A DNA stretch of 64,000 nt from an uncultured Dehalococcoidales bacterium (GTDB lineage: Bacteria; Chloroflexota; Dehalococcoidia; Dehalococcoidales; CAZFRL01), in assembly GCA_964521325.1 (NCBI GenBank), contig CAZFRL010000003.1, forward strand, positions 6,373-70,372, given 5' to 3'. The translations under genes and the position numbers were made by a program. Positions 44,982-54,115 of the stretch are shown here, piece after piece (the first letter of the stretch is position 1; each line of letters starts with the position of its first letter). Below the pieces are notes generated by a model, which saw nothing but the letters and a program-made list of their open reading frames with translations, had not been told where the DNA came from and ran no database searches.

Positions 44982-45030
44982 CTGTTAAGCTTTCCTTGCC
45001 TTCATCGTCAGATATACTGAGTGCCTGGGG

Positions 45031-45228
45031 TCAGGGCGAGATAGCAGCCTCCACACCACAAAGCTGGTCTGTTCCAATTTTCTTGCTTAGCTCCAGGGTA
45101 AAGCTGCCATCACTACAGCCCAGATCCAAGAGTTTAGCGGATTTATCTGGCTCCAGGAGGTCAATGATAACCCTCCTATTTTCAAGGTCAGCGGAGTCTT
45201 GGAGTTTCTTTGACCATTCCCTCAGCAT
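45031..45228 (-). pseudogene. truncated class I (MetW-like) SAM methyltransferase remnant (N-terminal 65 codons only)
   Basis: Encodes ...VIIDLLEPDKSAKLLDLGCSDGSFTLELSKKIGTDQLCGVEAAISP* and stops just after motif I/post-I. Full-length relatives are ~200 aa. None of the three frames of the 49-nt gap before the next gene continues the fold. Confidence 0.6.
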
Positions 45229-46253
45229 TTGCCTGCCAATTTGGTTATCCTGTCCAGGGTTTCATTATCGTATTTCAGCGGCACCTCTACCTGGTAGAAG
45301 GCCTGTGCCACACTTAAGGACTGACTCAGGTTCGCTTCATATCGAGCCCAATGAGTAGCCATATTGCTCCGGGGAAATAGATAAGAGTATTCCATCATAT
45401 ATTTAATGAAGGGAAGGGACTCAAGCTTTTGATTTGATATCACATGAGCGATAAATTCCTCTTTGCTAATCTTTTTCACCTTGAACTCCTTTCGGGGCAG
45501 AAGAAGAAAAACAGAGTGAACATTCGCCTTATCCTGTGTCAAGCCCGGGAATAAAGTTTTCGGGCTGATTTTGGTCCCCATCTGCAGTCCTGTTATTTTT
45601 TGGGAGATTTGATTAACCCTGAAAAGGAGTCTATGCCTTGCTTTCATCCTCCTTCTGATAAAAGGAGTTAGATTAAAATCTACGATGTGTAATGGCAAAG
45701 GAAAACTTAATACAGCATTATTACCCAAGATAACAAAATGGTCTCCAAGAAGCTTGAACCCCCTCTCCACAAGGTTTAAGGCAACGGTAGTCTTGCCAGC
45801 AGCACCTCGTCCAGTGAAGATATATGCTCTATCGTCCTTGACCACTCCAGAGCCATGCACAATAGCGTAGCCTTTTTCATTCAGCTTGAACCATATCAGG
45901 TGATTTATTATGAAGTCAGGGAGAAGCAGCCAGGCAAAGGGATTAGCTGAAACATGGACCTCCATACTGCCACCACTAAATCCAGATATCTTTAGTCGCC
46001 ATTTAGCATATTTATAAGAATCAGAGCAGTAGAGGTAATCTTCCTGTATATAGAACTTATCGTCCAAGATATGGCAATTTGGGCTTTGTGAACTGAATTT
46101 GCCCAAGCAGATAGTAAAATCTGGCTCATCTTTTTGTTTTGACTCAAAATCCCGCAATTCAATGTCCCAGAAAGGAAGAATCCGGCTCAACAAAACAGCA
46201 TTATTCACTACTTTAAAGGTGACAATATCATGGATGCTATAATACTTTTCCAC
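45222..46253 (-). CDS. HPr-kinase-like (HprK C-domain/PEPCK-like P-loop) protein, intact Walker A (paralogue A)
   Basis: 343 aa. VHGSGVVKDDRAYIFTGRGAAGKTTVALNLVERGFKLLGDHFVIL has an intact Walker A (GRGAAGKT). The HprK LVADD position reads LLGDH. Confidence 0.65.
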   Translation of the reverse strand: MEKYYSIHDIVTFKVVNNAVLLSRILPFWDIELRDFESKQKDEPDFTICLGKFSSQSPNCHILDDKFYIQEDYLYCSDSYKYAKWRLKISGFSGGSMEVHVSANPFAWLLLPDFIINHLIWFKLNEKGYAIVHGSGVVKDDRAYIFTGRGAAGKTTVALNLVERGFKLLGDHFVILGNNAVLSFPLPLHIVDFNLTPFIRRRMKARHRLLFRVNQISQKITGLQMGTKISPKTLFPGLTQDKANVHSVFLLLPRKEFKVKKISKEEFIAHVISNQKLESLPFIKYMMEYSYLFPRSNMATHWARYEANLSQSLSVAQAFYQVEVPLKYDNETLDRITKLAGKC

Positions 46254-46261
46254 AACTTTTA

Positions 46262-47287
46262 CTAAATTCCCCGAACTTCTTTTAGCTTCTTAATACAGGC
46301 TTGGGCAAATTTTTCTATGTTGCCGGTTTCAATCAATATCCCATTCTCATCAATCACCTCTGGATGAGGCCCAATATCAAAAGCAACTACTGGCTTCCCA
46401 CAAGCCTGCGCCTCTGCTACTGGAACATTGAAGGTCTCCCAGAGTGAACCCGTAGCGTAGAGATCACACATTGCATAGTAAAGAGGGAGAACCCCATGGG
46501 CGACAAAATTAGCAAATACTACCGAGTCGTCGCTTATACTCTTTAGATCTCGGAAATAATAGGCGTAATCAGGGCGCCCAACAATGACAAGTTTAGCACT
46601 CGGTATCTTCTCCTTAACCAAGTTGAAAGCACGGATTAGGAGATGAACACCCTTTACCGGCCGCAATCCTCCGACAAAAAGGATAGTAGGGTCACTCCCC
46701 AGGCCGTATTTTCTCCTGATTTCATAACCATTGACCCCTAGGTGAAATTTTTCCAAATGTATCTTGTTATATACAACTTCGCTGTCTAATCCAGTGTATT
46801 GCTTGAGTTCCTTCTGCGCGTATTTACTTACTGCAACAGCACTGTCTGCATTCTTTACAGTAAGTCTGGTAAGGAATATCTGCAATTTAATATAGATTCG
46901 CTCGTAGAGGTGTGGGAAGAATTGGGGATCCATAATTCCGTGATACCACACTTTATGCTCAACCTTATAGAATCTCTTGGCGAGGTAAGCCAGCCAAGTC
47001 ATTGGATACTGGTGTGTAATAATTAGATCAAAGCTCCTCAGTTTGGGAAGCCACTGCAAAGTTCGAAATATGTCCAGCGGGAAGACCAATCGATAGATTC
47101 TCTCCCAGGTCGGATTTTTGGGCATACCAATAATAAATACGTTAACATTCCTTGGCCTTATGGCGGCACGCAGAGCAAATATGGCAACGTAGTTGCCCTG
47201 GGCCACTAGTTCTTGAGCCTGAAGCTCAGCTACTCGAGCGCCACCGTCATAGTCGACAAAGTTAGGATACAGTATGGCTATCCTCAT
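46262..47287 (-). CDS. glycosyltransferase family 4 (GT-B)
   Basis: 341 aa. FVGGLRPVKG and ETFNVPVAEAQACGKPVVAFDIGPHPEVI (E-x7-E). Confidence 0.85.
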   Translation of the reverse strand: MRIAILYPNFVDYDGGARVAELQAQELVAQGNYVAIFALRAAIRPRNVNVFIIGMPKNPTWERIYRLVFPLDIFRTLQWLPKLRSFDLIITHQYPMTWLAYLAKRFYKVEHKVWYHGIMDPQFFPHLYERIYIKLQIFLTRLTVKNADSAVAVSKYAQKELKQYTGLDSEVVYNKIHLEKFHLGVNGYEIRRKYGLGSDPTILFVGGLRPVKGVHLLIRAFNLVKEKIPSAKLVIVGRPDYAYYFRDLKSISDDSVVFANFVAHGVLPLYYAMCDLYATGSLWETFNVPVAEAQACGKPVVAFDIGPHPEVIDENGILIETGNIEKFAQACIKKLKEVRGI

Positions 47288-47480
47288 AGTGACCTTATTG
47301 CTCCTCCTTTGTTTACCCCAATAACGTATCCTTTTTCCTTTTGGCCTAGTTATAGAATGATATCAGCCGAAACAAAAGACTAGAATAAGTAAGAGTGTAA
47401 ATACGCAAAACTTTGCTGTTAACAATGTCTTATACTGTATGCACCCAACTATACTAGGTACTGGCATCACACTGATTGCT

Positions 47481-47915
47481 TCAATCTGCTTTAGTATCCC
47501 TTACCTGCCTTAATAGGTTCTCAACAAGCTTTGAGCTTTCTCTTAGTTGACTGCCAACACCATAAACTATCTTGCAGCCAATCTCTTCACATGCCTCTAT
47601 TTCATTTTGTGGCATATTGTCATGGATTCTATCTCCCCCTTTGGCAAATATATCGGGCTTAACCAATTTTAATGTCTCGGCTTGGGTGCCATCGTTGTCC
47701 ACGGTAGCGATAACCTCATCAACACAGCGTAATTCCTTCAGAATTTTCATTCTGTCTTCCAGGGGCATAAAGCAATAACCCTTCTTCCTTATCATATCTT
47801 CGTCATTACTGACCAAAACAATGAGATAATCACCTAGCGTCTTTGCTTTCTGAAAGTGTCGCAAATGACCAATGTGCAAAGGGTCAAAACCACCAGCTAC
47901 AGCTACTCTTACCAT
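47481..47915 (-). CDS. small HIGH-motif nucleotidyltransferase (cytidylyltransferase-like; HldC/RfaE-domain-II or TagD-like)
   Basis: 144 aa. GGFDPLHIGHLRHF..AK.LGDYLIV.VSND and KGGD. Confidence 0.8.
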   Translation of the reverse strand: MVRVAVAGGFDPLHIGHLRHFQKAKTLGDYLIVLVSNDEDMIRKKGYCFMPLEDRMKILKELRCVDEVIATVDNDGTQAETLKLVKPDIFAKGGDRIHDNMPQNEIEACEEIGCKIVYGVGSQLRESSKLVENLLRQVRDTKAD

Positions 47916-47968
47916 CTCTTGCTCCTTAAAATATAATAGGAGACTAAGATCGCTATTCTCATTCTCTA

Positions 47969-48658
47969 TTAGGAGCTCTCCTTAACTGCTGCCATCATCT
48001 CAATGGCTTTATTAGCATCGGTGACAAATTGCCGTACGGTATCACGGGTATATTTATGGTCTACCATTCGAGTAAGGAACGGGGGTGGGATGGTGATGAT
48101 GTGAGCGCCGGCTATTGCCGCCTGAAGGATATCAGCCACCGACCTTATGCTGCCAACGATGATTCGGCTCTTATATTTCCAGCGCTCAAGCCAGTCAACC
48201 GAATTTTTGATAACCTCTGACACATTTCCACCCTCATCACCCACTCTGCCAGCAAAAATACTGATAAAGGTCGCCCCAGCTTTGGCCGCAAAAATAACCT
48301 GTCCTAATGACAGGGCTACTGTTGCATTAACCTTTATCCCTTCGTTTTCAAGTTGTCTGATAACTCCATAGCAGGGGGTGCCATCCTGAGTTGTCTGGGG
48401 AACCTTGATAACAATGTTCGGTGTCCAGGAAGCAAACTTATGTGCCTGAGCTACCATTTCCTCAAGGTCATTGGTGGTAACTTCAACGCTTACCGGGCGA
48501 GGATGAACCAATCTAGCAATCTCTGTCGCTCCCTTCTCTATGTTGTAAACACCATCTTTGAGCATTATGGAAGGATTGGTGGTAACACCATCAGCTATGC
48601 CCATCTCAACCCATCTTTCAATTTCCTTTACATCTGCTGAATCAATGAAAATTTCCAT
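47969..48658 (-). CDS. tal: transaldolase / fructose-6-phosphate aldolase family (short, TalC/Fsa-type)
   Basis: 229 aa. FIDSADVKEI, GVTTNPSI and VIKVP (Schiff-base Lys). Confidence 0.85.
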   Translation of the reverse strand: MEIFIDSADVKEIERWVEMGIADGVTTNPSIMLKDGVYNIEKGATEIARLVHPRPVSVEVTTNDLEEMVAQAHKFASWTPNIVIKVPQTTQDGTPCYGVIRQLENEGIKVNATVALSLGQVIFAAKAGATFISIFAGRVGDEGGNVSEVIKNSVDWLERWKYKSRIIVGSIRSVADILQAAIAGAHIITIPPPFLTRMVDHKYTRDTVRQFVTDANKAIEMMAAVKESS

Positions 48659-48668
48659 ATGTATCCTC

Positions 48669-49250
48669 CTAGGTTAAGATTATTTGCACTGCTTCTAAGA
48701 GATTTGAGGCAATGGCATCGGGTCTTATATTTTCTTCATCCATCAGATGGCAGAGTTCGCACTTCATCCTGCCGAGAAGTATGGTCCTACATCCAGCACC
48801 CTTTCCTGCTTTAACATCAGTAAGCCCATCACCTACCATCCAGGACTGAGATAGATCTATGTTATGCTCCCTTGCCGCTTGAAATAGAAGCCCAGGTTTA
48901 GGCTTTCGACATTCACAGTTCACCCTTAAGCTCTCATCCACTGCCTCAGGGTGATGGAAACAATAGTATTCGCCATCAATGAAAGCCCCCTGTTCAGCGA
49001 GTTGCTCTCTCATTTTCTCTCTGATTTTCTCAAAAGTCTCCCATGAGAGATGCCCTTTTGCTATTCCCGGCTGGTTGGAAACTATGATCACTTTGTACTC
49101 CGTCTCTTTCAGCTTCTTAATAGCCTCACCTGCCCAGCGGAAGAGTTTCAATTGCTCTGCAGTGAACGGCGAATCAATAATCCCGTGCTCCTGGTAGTAG
49201 ACAAGCTCATTTACCACGCCATCCCTGTCAAGAAAAACTGCTCGGTTCAT
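48669..49250 (-). CDS. gmhB: D-glycero-D-manno-heptose 1,7-bisphosphate phosphatase
   Basis: The start is moved to the ATG at 49250 (ATGA overlap with the gmhA stop), giving MNRAVFLDRDGVVNE; the track start is 49277. SNQPGIAKG and the Zn-finger insert C.H...C.CRKPKPG are GmhB hallmarks. Confidence 0.85.
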   Translation of the reverse strand: MNRAVFLDRDGVVNELVYYQEHGIIDSPFTAEQLKLFRWAGEAIKKLKETEYKVIIVSNQPGIAKGHLSWETFEKIREKMREQLAEQGAFIDGEYYCFHHPEAVDESLRVNCECRKPKPGLLFQAAREHNIDLSQSWMVGDGLTDVKAGKGAGCRTILLGRMKCELCHLMDEENIRPDAIASNLLEAVQIILT

Positions 49251-49846
49251 AATTCGGTTATCTTCTGCTTTAGACAACTACAAATAAGGTGCTCTAAAGT
49301 CAGGTGAAAAGACTCCACATAGGGAGTGGAATTTGCCGGAACGACAATACAAGCATCGGCAATTTCCTTCATTGGTCCACCATCAAAGCCGGAAAGGCCA
49401 ATGGTCTTACCCCCGTTCTCCTTGACATACCTCATCGCCTTGATGAGGTTTTGTGACCATAAGTCTGCTTTATCTCGCCCAGCACCACCATGTACGCTGA
49501 TGCAGATAAGGACATCCCCCTCATGGAATTTAGTCTTGAGCTGCTCAATGAAGAGGCTATCAAAGCCTTCATCATTTATTAAGGCAAGCATGAGAGGAAT
49601 GTTATCATTGAGGCATTCGGCTTTGAATCCTCTTTTTCCCTCAGGGGCGGCAGTCTTAAGCAGGTCGCAGGCGAAGTGAGTAGCGGTGGAGGCAGAGCCT
49701 CCGTTTCCACAGGTATAGACCCGATTTCCATTCCTCCAGGCATCAAAGAGGATTCCAATAACCTTATCCGTGTCCTCTACTGATATCTTTCGGGCAACCT
49801 CACTTACCCCAGATAGGTAATCCTCAATGAGTTCCCTGTTTTTCAT
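49247..49846 (-). CDS. gmhA: phosphoheptose (sedoheptulose-7-phosphate) isomerase, SIS domain
   Basis: 199 aa. CGNGGSASTATHFACDL and the SIS-domain layout. Confidence 0.85.
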   Translation of the reverse strand: MKNRELIEDYLSGVSEVARKISVEDTDKVIGILFDAWRNGNRVYTCGNGGSASTATHFACDLLKTAAPEGKRGFKAECLNDNIPLMLALINDEGFDSLFIEQLKTKFHEGDVLICISVHGGAGRDKADLWSQNLIKAMRYVKENGGKTIGLSGFDGGPMKEIADACIVVPANSTPYVESFHLTLEHLICSCLKQKITEL

Positions 49847-49869
49847 AATTCCTCCGGTTGCCTGACTTA

Positions 49870-50856
49870 TTAGGTGTTAGCCAGTATCTTCGCCCCATCA
49901 AAGTCAAAGTGAAACCTTTCCCACCCAAGTCCCATCTTGTGCATAGCCTCTATTACCTTGGACTTATCGCTGTTATTGCAGTAAAACATCAAAAATCCTC
50001 CCCCGCCGGCTCCAATCAGTTTACCTCCTATAGCCCCGTTCTTCCGGGCGACCTCGTAACACTCGTCAACAAAAGGATAGGATATCTTCGAAGAGCGCTT
50101 TTTCTTTGTCTCCCAGTGAACTTGAAGGAATTCGCCAAGGCTATCTACCTCTCCTTTTTCTAGATGCCTTCGTGTTTCCAAGCCTATTTCTTTAATCTGA
50201 TGGAGATTTTGAATCATTGCCGGGTTATCCTTTCTACTCTGCTTGTCATGCTCAGAGAGTATCTCCGAGGCATTCCTCTCCTTACCGGTGAAGAAGAGGA
50301 CAAGATTGCTCTCTAATCGGTCTAGAGCTTCCTCAGATATTCGCAATGGCTCTACGGTAACTCCGCCATTCTTCTCGAAGGTGAGGCAAGTGAGACCACC
50401 GAAAGCAGCCATATACTGGTCTTGTTTACCTATAGGTTCCCCTATGAGGTCTATCTCAATGTGACAGGCTTCCTCAGCGAGCTGCCTTTGGTTTATGAAT
50501 TCACTCTTATAAGCATGAAGGGCATTAAGAAGAGCTACAGTGAAACTGGAGGAGGTGCCTAGTCCGCAGCCAGCGGGCACATCAGCAGCAGAATGAAGCT
50601 CTATTCCCTGTTCAATGCCAAGGAGCTTAAGGGCTGCCTTGAAGATTCGATGCTCTATGTCATCTACATTATCTATTATCTCCATCTTAGAATAGCTAAG
50701 TCGGATACTGTTATAAAATCTCTTGTTAGCCAAGATAGTGCAATATTTGTTAATTGCCCCGGCAATCAGGAAACCGCCATATTTGGAATAATACGCTGCG
50801 AAATCTGTTCCCCCACCTCCCAAGGTTATCCTTGTCGGTGCTCTTGAAAGTATCAT
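49870..50856 (-). CDS. hddA: GHMP-family sugar kinase, D-glycero-alpha-D-manno-heptose 7-phosphate kinase-like
   Basis: 328 aa. SRAPTRITLGGGGTDF, the GHMP motif II PAGCGLGTSSS and the C-terminal GAGGGGF. Confidence 0.75.
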   Translation of the reverse strand: MILSRAPTRITLGGGGTDFAAYYSKYGGFLIAGAINKYCTILANKRFYNSIRLSYSKMEIIDNVDDIEHRIFKAALKLLGIEQGIELHSAADVPAGCGLGTSSSFTVALLNALHAYKSEFINQRQLAEEACHIEIDLIGEPIGKQDQYMAAFGGLTCLTFEKNGGVTVEPLRISEEALDRLESNLVLFFTGKERNASEILSEHDKQSRKDNPAMIQNLHQIKEIGLETRRHLEKGEVDSLGEFLQVHWETKKKRSSKISYPFVDECYEVARKNGAIGGKLIGAGGGGFLMFYCNNSDKSKVIEAMHKMGLGWERFHFDFDGAKILANT

Positions 50857-50887
50857 TTCACCCTCATTCGGTTGTTATCTGACATAG

Positions 50888-51616
50888 CTAGAGCTTGGCT
50901 TTGGCTACGCTTGAGAAAGAACGTGGAGATAGATTACTTTTAGCGAACTCTTCGAAATCTTTAAGTCCCTGAGGTGAGCCTATCTCATAGAAGCGATTCC
51001 TGACCTCATAGGCAAGAAGGTCTCCCGTCTCAATGAGCCGTGAAAACAGTCGCTCCAGAGTATAGTGACCCTGTGGAATCATTTTAAGGATTTCTTTTCT
51101 GAAGATATTCGCTCCATATTCAATATAGACCATACCGGCAGCTCTTTCGCTCTTGCTAAACTTCTTTACTAGCTCTCCTGCTACAACGGTGTTGCTCCTC
51201 TCATATTTGTCGTAGTTTTTATAAACACTCATAAGAGCAAGATTATCCTTAGACTCAAAAAAGGACATGGCAGCTTTAAAGTTCAGGAATAGATAAGAAT
51301 CGCCGTAGAGGGTAAAAAGGATATCTTCGAGCAGGTTCTCAGCGTTTTTAAGCGCTCCAGCGGTACCGAGGAGTCCATCCTCGCGACTATATTTCACACT
51401 CATCCCAAACCTATTTCCGTCTCCAAAATAATTCTCTATTTGTTCCCCAAGATGACCAATACATAAGATGATATCCCTTATTCCGTTTTCCCTAAGAAAG
51501 TCGAGTTGATGTTCAAGGAAAGGCTTACCCAAGATTTGAACCATGGATTTAGGGCGGTCTCGAGCTAAGGCTTCTAGCCTTGTTGCCAGACCTCCAGCCA
51601 GTATTACTACCTGCAT
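50888..51616 (-). CDS. sugar-1-phosphate nucleotidylyltransferase, heptose-1-phosphate guanylyltransferase-like (HddC-like)
   Basis: 242 aa. VILAGGLATRL...PK.MV.I.GKPFLE. Substrate is inferred only from the operon context. Confidence 0.7.
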   Translation of the reverse strand: MQVVILAGGLATRLEALARDRPKSMVQILGKPFLEHQLDFLRENGIRDIILCIGHLGEQIENYFGDGNRFGMSVKYSREDGLLGTAGALKNAENLLEDILFTLYGDSYLFLNFKAAMSFFESKDNLALMSVYKNYDKYERSNTVVAGELVKKFSKSERAAGMVYIEYGANIFRKEILKMIPQGHYTLERLFSRLIETGDLLAYEVRNRFYEIGSPQGLKDFEEFAKSNLSPRSFSSVAKAKL

Positions 51617-51625
51617 CGTTCCTCC

Positions 51626-52576
51626 TCAAGCTTCATCCAAATTCTCTCTCCAGTAATCAAGAAGGTCGGATAGAGTTTTCTCCATAGGTATTTGAGGCTG
51701 CCAGCCGAGACTGAGCAGTTTTGTGTTATCGCCTACATATATCGGGTCATCAAAAGGGCGTAATTTTTCAGGGATTACTCGATAATTAATCTCCCTTCTA
51801 GAAAGGGAGATTAGCTTGGTTAGAATCTCTTCCGTTTTATATGCCTTTCCAGAGCAGAGATTATAAACCTCTCCAGGCTCTCCTTTCTCGGACAAAAGCC
51901 ATAGCGCATTTACTGCATCCCTGCCATCAGTAAAGTCCCTGATTGTATTTAAGCTCCCTACTTCTAAGACCTCTTTTAACCCCTTCTCTATTTCAACTAT
52001 ACCTTTAGCAAAATCGGAGCAGGCGTCAAAGGTTTTCCTCGGGCCTGTCATATTAAAAGGGCGGACACGGATGACCTTCATTCCATAGACCTTCCAGTAA
52101 AAGTAACCAAGCATGTCTTCGCTTACCTTACTAACCGCATACATGCTGGTGGGTCTAAAATCCCCTTCTTCCGTTAAAGGCATTTCATTTTCATCGCAGG
52201 GTCCATATACTGAACTTGAACCCACAATTTCTATTACCGGAGCTATTCCTGTCTCTCTTATGCTATCCAGTAAATAGAATGTCCCTAACACATTGGTCTT
52301 TAGTGTCTCTTCAGGGTTCTCCCAGGACACAGTGACAAAGCTTTGGGCGGCGAGATGAAAGACAATGTCTGGCTTTACCTCGCTGATGATTCTCCTCACT
52401 CCCTGGCTGTCTTTTAAATCGCATTTCAAAATGGTAATCTTGTCTTTTAGATGCTTGATATTCTGTGTATCATCATAAGCCATTCCGTATATCTGAAGGC
52501 CTTTCTCTACTAACATATCCGCCAAGTGAGAACCAATAAAACCTTCGCAGCCGGTTATTAAAATTCTTGTGAACAA
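51626..52576 (-). CDS. GDP-sugar 4,6-dehydratase/4-reductase family SDR (Gmd/Rmd/DmhA-like)
   Basis: 316 aa. ITGCEGFIGSH, HLAAQSFV.VSW..P, NVLGT..LL and MYAVSK. Confidence 0.75.
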   Translation of the reverse strand: MFTRILITGCEGFIGSHLADMLVEKGLQIYGMAYDDTQNIKHLKDKITILKCDLKDSQGVRRIISEVKPDIVFHLAAQSFVTVSWENPEETLKTNVLGTFYLLDSIRETGIAPVIEIVGSSSVYGPCDENEMPLTEEGDFRPTSMYAVSKVSEDMLGYFYWKVYGMKVIRVRPFNMTGPRKTFDACSDFAKGIVEIEKGLKEVLEVGSLNTIRDFTDGRDAVNALWLLSEKGEPGEVYNLCSGKAYKTEEILTKLISLSRREINYRVIPEKLRPFDDPIYVGDNTKLLSLGWQPQIPMEKTLSDLLDYWRENLDEA

Positions 52577-52658
52577 TTATCACCTCTACTAAATAATGGC
52601 ATCAAAGAACTCGCATTTTTAGACTTCTTGTTCCAAATGTCCTTGAACATTACTCGCT

Positions 52659-54095
52659 TTAGAAAAGATGCTTAAAGAAAGTTCTAGCTGATTTAAAAGT
52701 TCTTCTAATCTCCCTGGGCTTAAGTATCATCCTCTTCGCTTTCATCAATATATACCGGGGTCTCAGATAGTACTCACGAATAGCTCGTTCACAAAAGGCA
52801 TTTATCTCCTCTGCTGGTAGGTTAGGTAGATTTAAAAGGCAATTATACCTCGTCTCTTCTATTACCCATTTGGAGTAGTCGGAAGTAGTAAGGTAATTAT
52901 TTCTTTTTGCCCATTCAAAAGCTTCTGTACCCGGATAAACTTGGAGAGGGTAAAATTGCATGGTATCGCAGTTGAGTTCCTTGGCGAGTTTAAGGGTTTT
53001 TCCCATGGTTTCTTTGGTCTCACCCGGGTTACCGACAATAAAGCAGCCATGAACCGTCAAGCCTGCCTTTCTTGAATTTTTGACATATTCACGAATCTGC
53101 TTAACTGTTATCCCCTTGTGCATTAAATCCAGTGAATTCTGGTCTCCACTTTCAAAACCTGTTCCAAGCCCCCTGCATCCCGCCTCCTTCATCGCTAACA
53201 TTGTCTCTAAGTCCAAGTCAGCCCTAACTTGGGCATACCACCTTATTTTGATGTTCCGCGCCAGAATTAATCGACATATCTCTCGTACCCTCTCTCTGTC
53301 AATCGTAAAGGTATCATCATCTAGTTCTATTGCCTTCACCTCAGGCAGCTTCTCAGCAATATATTCAAACTCGTCAACCACATTGGCTGCACTCCGTGGT
53401 CTAAATTGCCGGCTGTGAAAAGTCTGGGGATACAGGCAAAAAGAACATTTATAGGGACAACCTCTCGCTGTCAATATCTGTACCATGGGATAGTCCACAG
53501 CAGCGAAGAAATAGTTTTTGATGTTGAGATGCTTTTTGTAGACCTTGCTGACAAAGGGAAGCTCGTCAAGGTTCTCGATTAAAGGACGAGGTCTATTGTA
53601 AACCACGCTGCTGTTTTCTCTGAAGATAAGTCCATCGACAGCTCTCAAATCACCTTTATCACTCAGGCAGTAAGCAAGGTCACGAATCGTATAATCATAT
53701 TCTCCCTTCGCCACCGCATCTACTTTGTTACTTAATAGAAGGGTTTCTTCAGGTAGAACAGAGGGATGAGTACCGACTAAAGTGATAAAGGCGGAGGGAA
53801 AGGCAGCTTTCAATTTCTCAACTACTTTGATGTCGTTGTAGATGCTGGGGGTACTGGTATCAACCACAATTAAGCGGGGCGAGGATTTTTCTGCCCTCTC
53901 GATGATATTATTAATGGAATAACCCTCTGCGGGGGCATCGATGAGGCTTACATTAAACCCATTCTGGTCAAGAACCCCGGCGGCATATACCAGCCAAAAA
54001 GGGTAGTAAAGTGTGCCCCCGATTGACACCCCAGGGCTTCGGGATGTTCTGGAAAATCTGTTCATGAATGGCGGATTTAGTAATAAGACATTCAT
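52659..54095 (-). CDS. B12-binding-domain radical SAM enzyme (class B rSAM, likely methyltransferase-type)
   Basis: 478 aa. An N-terminal cobalamin-binding-like Rossmann region, then TARGCPYKCSFCLYP (CxxxCxxC) and a TIM-barrel rSAM core. Confidence 0.8.
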   Translation of the reverse strand: MNVLLLNPPFMNRFSRTSRSPGVSIGGTLYYPFWLVYAAGVLDQNGFNVSLIDAPAEGYSINNIIERAEKSSPRLIVVDTSTPSIYNDIKVVEKLKAAFPSAFITLVGTHPSVLPEETLLLSNKVDAVAKGEYDYTIRDLAYCLSDKGDLRAVDGLIFRENSSVVYNRPRPLIENLDELPFVSKVYKKHLNIKNYFFAAVDYPMVQILTARGCPYKCSFCLYPQTFHSRQFRPRSAANVVDEFEYIAEKLPEVKAIELDDDTFTIDRERVREICRLILARNIKIRWYAQVRADLDLETMLAMKEAGCRGLGTGFESGDQNSLDLMHKGITVKQIREYVKNSRKAGLTVHGCFIVGNPGETKETMGKTLKLAKELNCDTMQFYPLQVYPGTEAFEWAKRNNYLTTSDYSKWVIEETRYNCLLNLPNLPAEEINAFCERAIREYYLRPRYILMKAKRMILKPREIRRTFKSARTFFKHLF

Positions 54096-54115
54096 ACCAA
54101 CTCTTCTTCCATAGC

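Noticed and set aside
44996-45358. 120-aa plus-strand ORF
   Set aside because: It is antisense to the methyltransferase remnant and to the 3' end of HprK-like A. Its composition is Ser/Pro/Leu-rich, typical of a shadow frame.
47432-47440. ATACTGTAT palindrome resembling the left half of an E. coli-type LexA box, and sharing ATACTGTA with the 10499-10510 leader
   Set aside because: It is a single short AT-rich palindrome oriented opposite to the local (minus-strand) genes, with no second half-site at SOS-box spacing. That is insufficient evidence.
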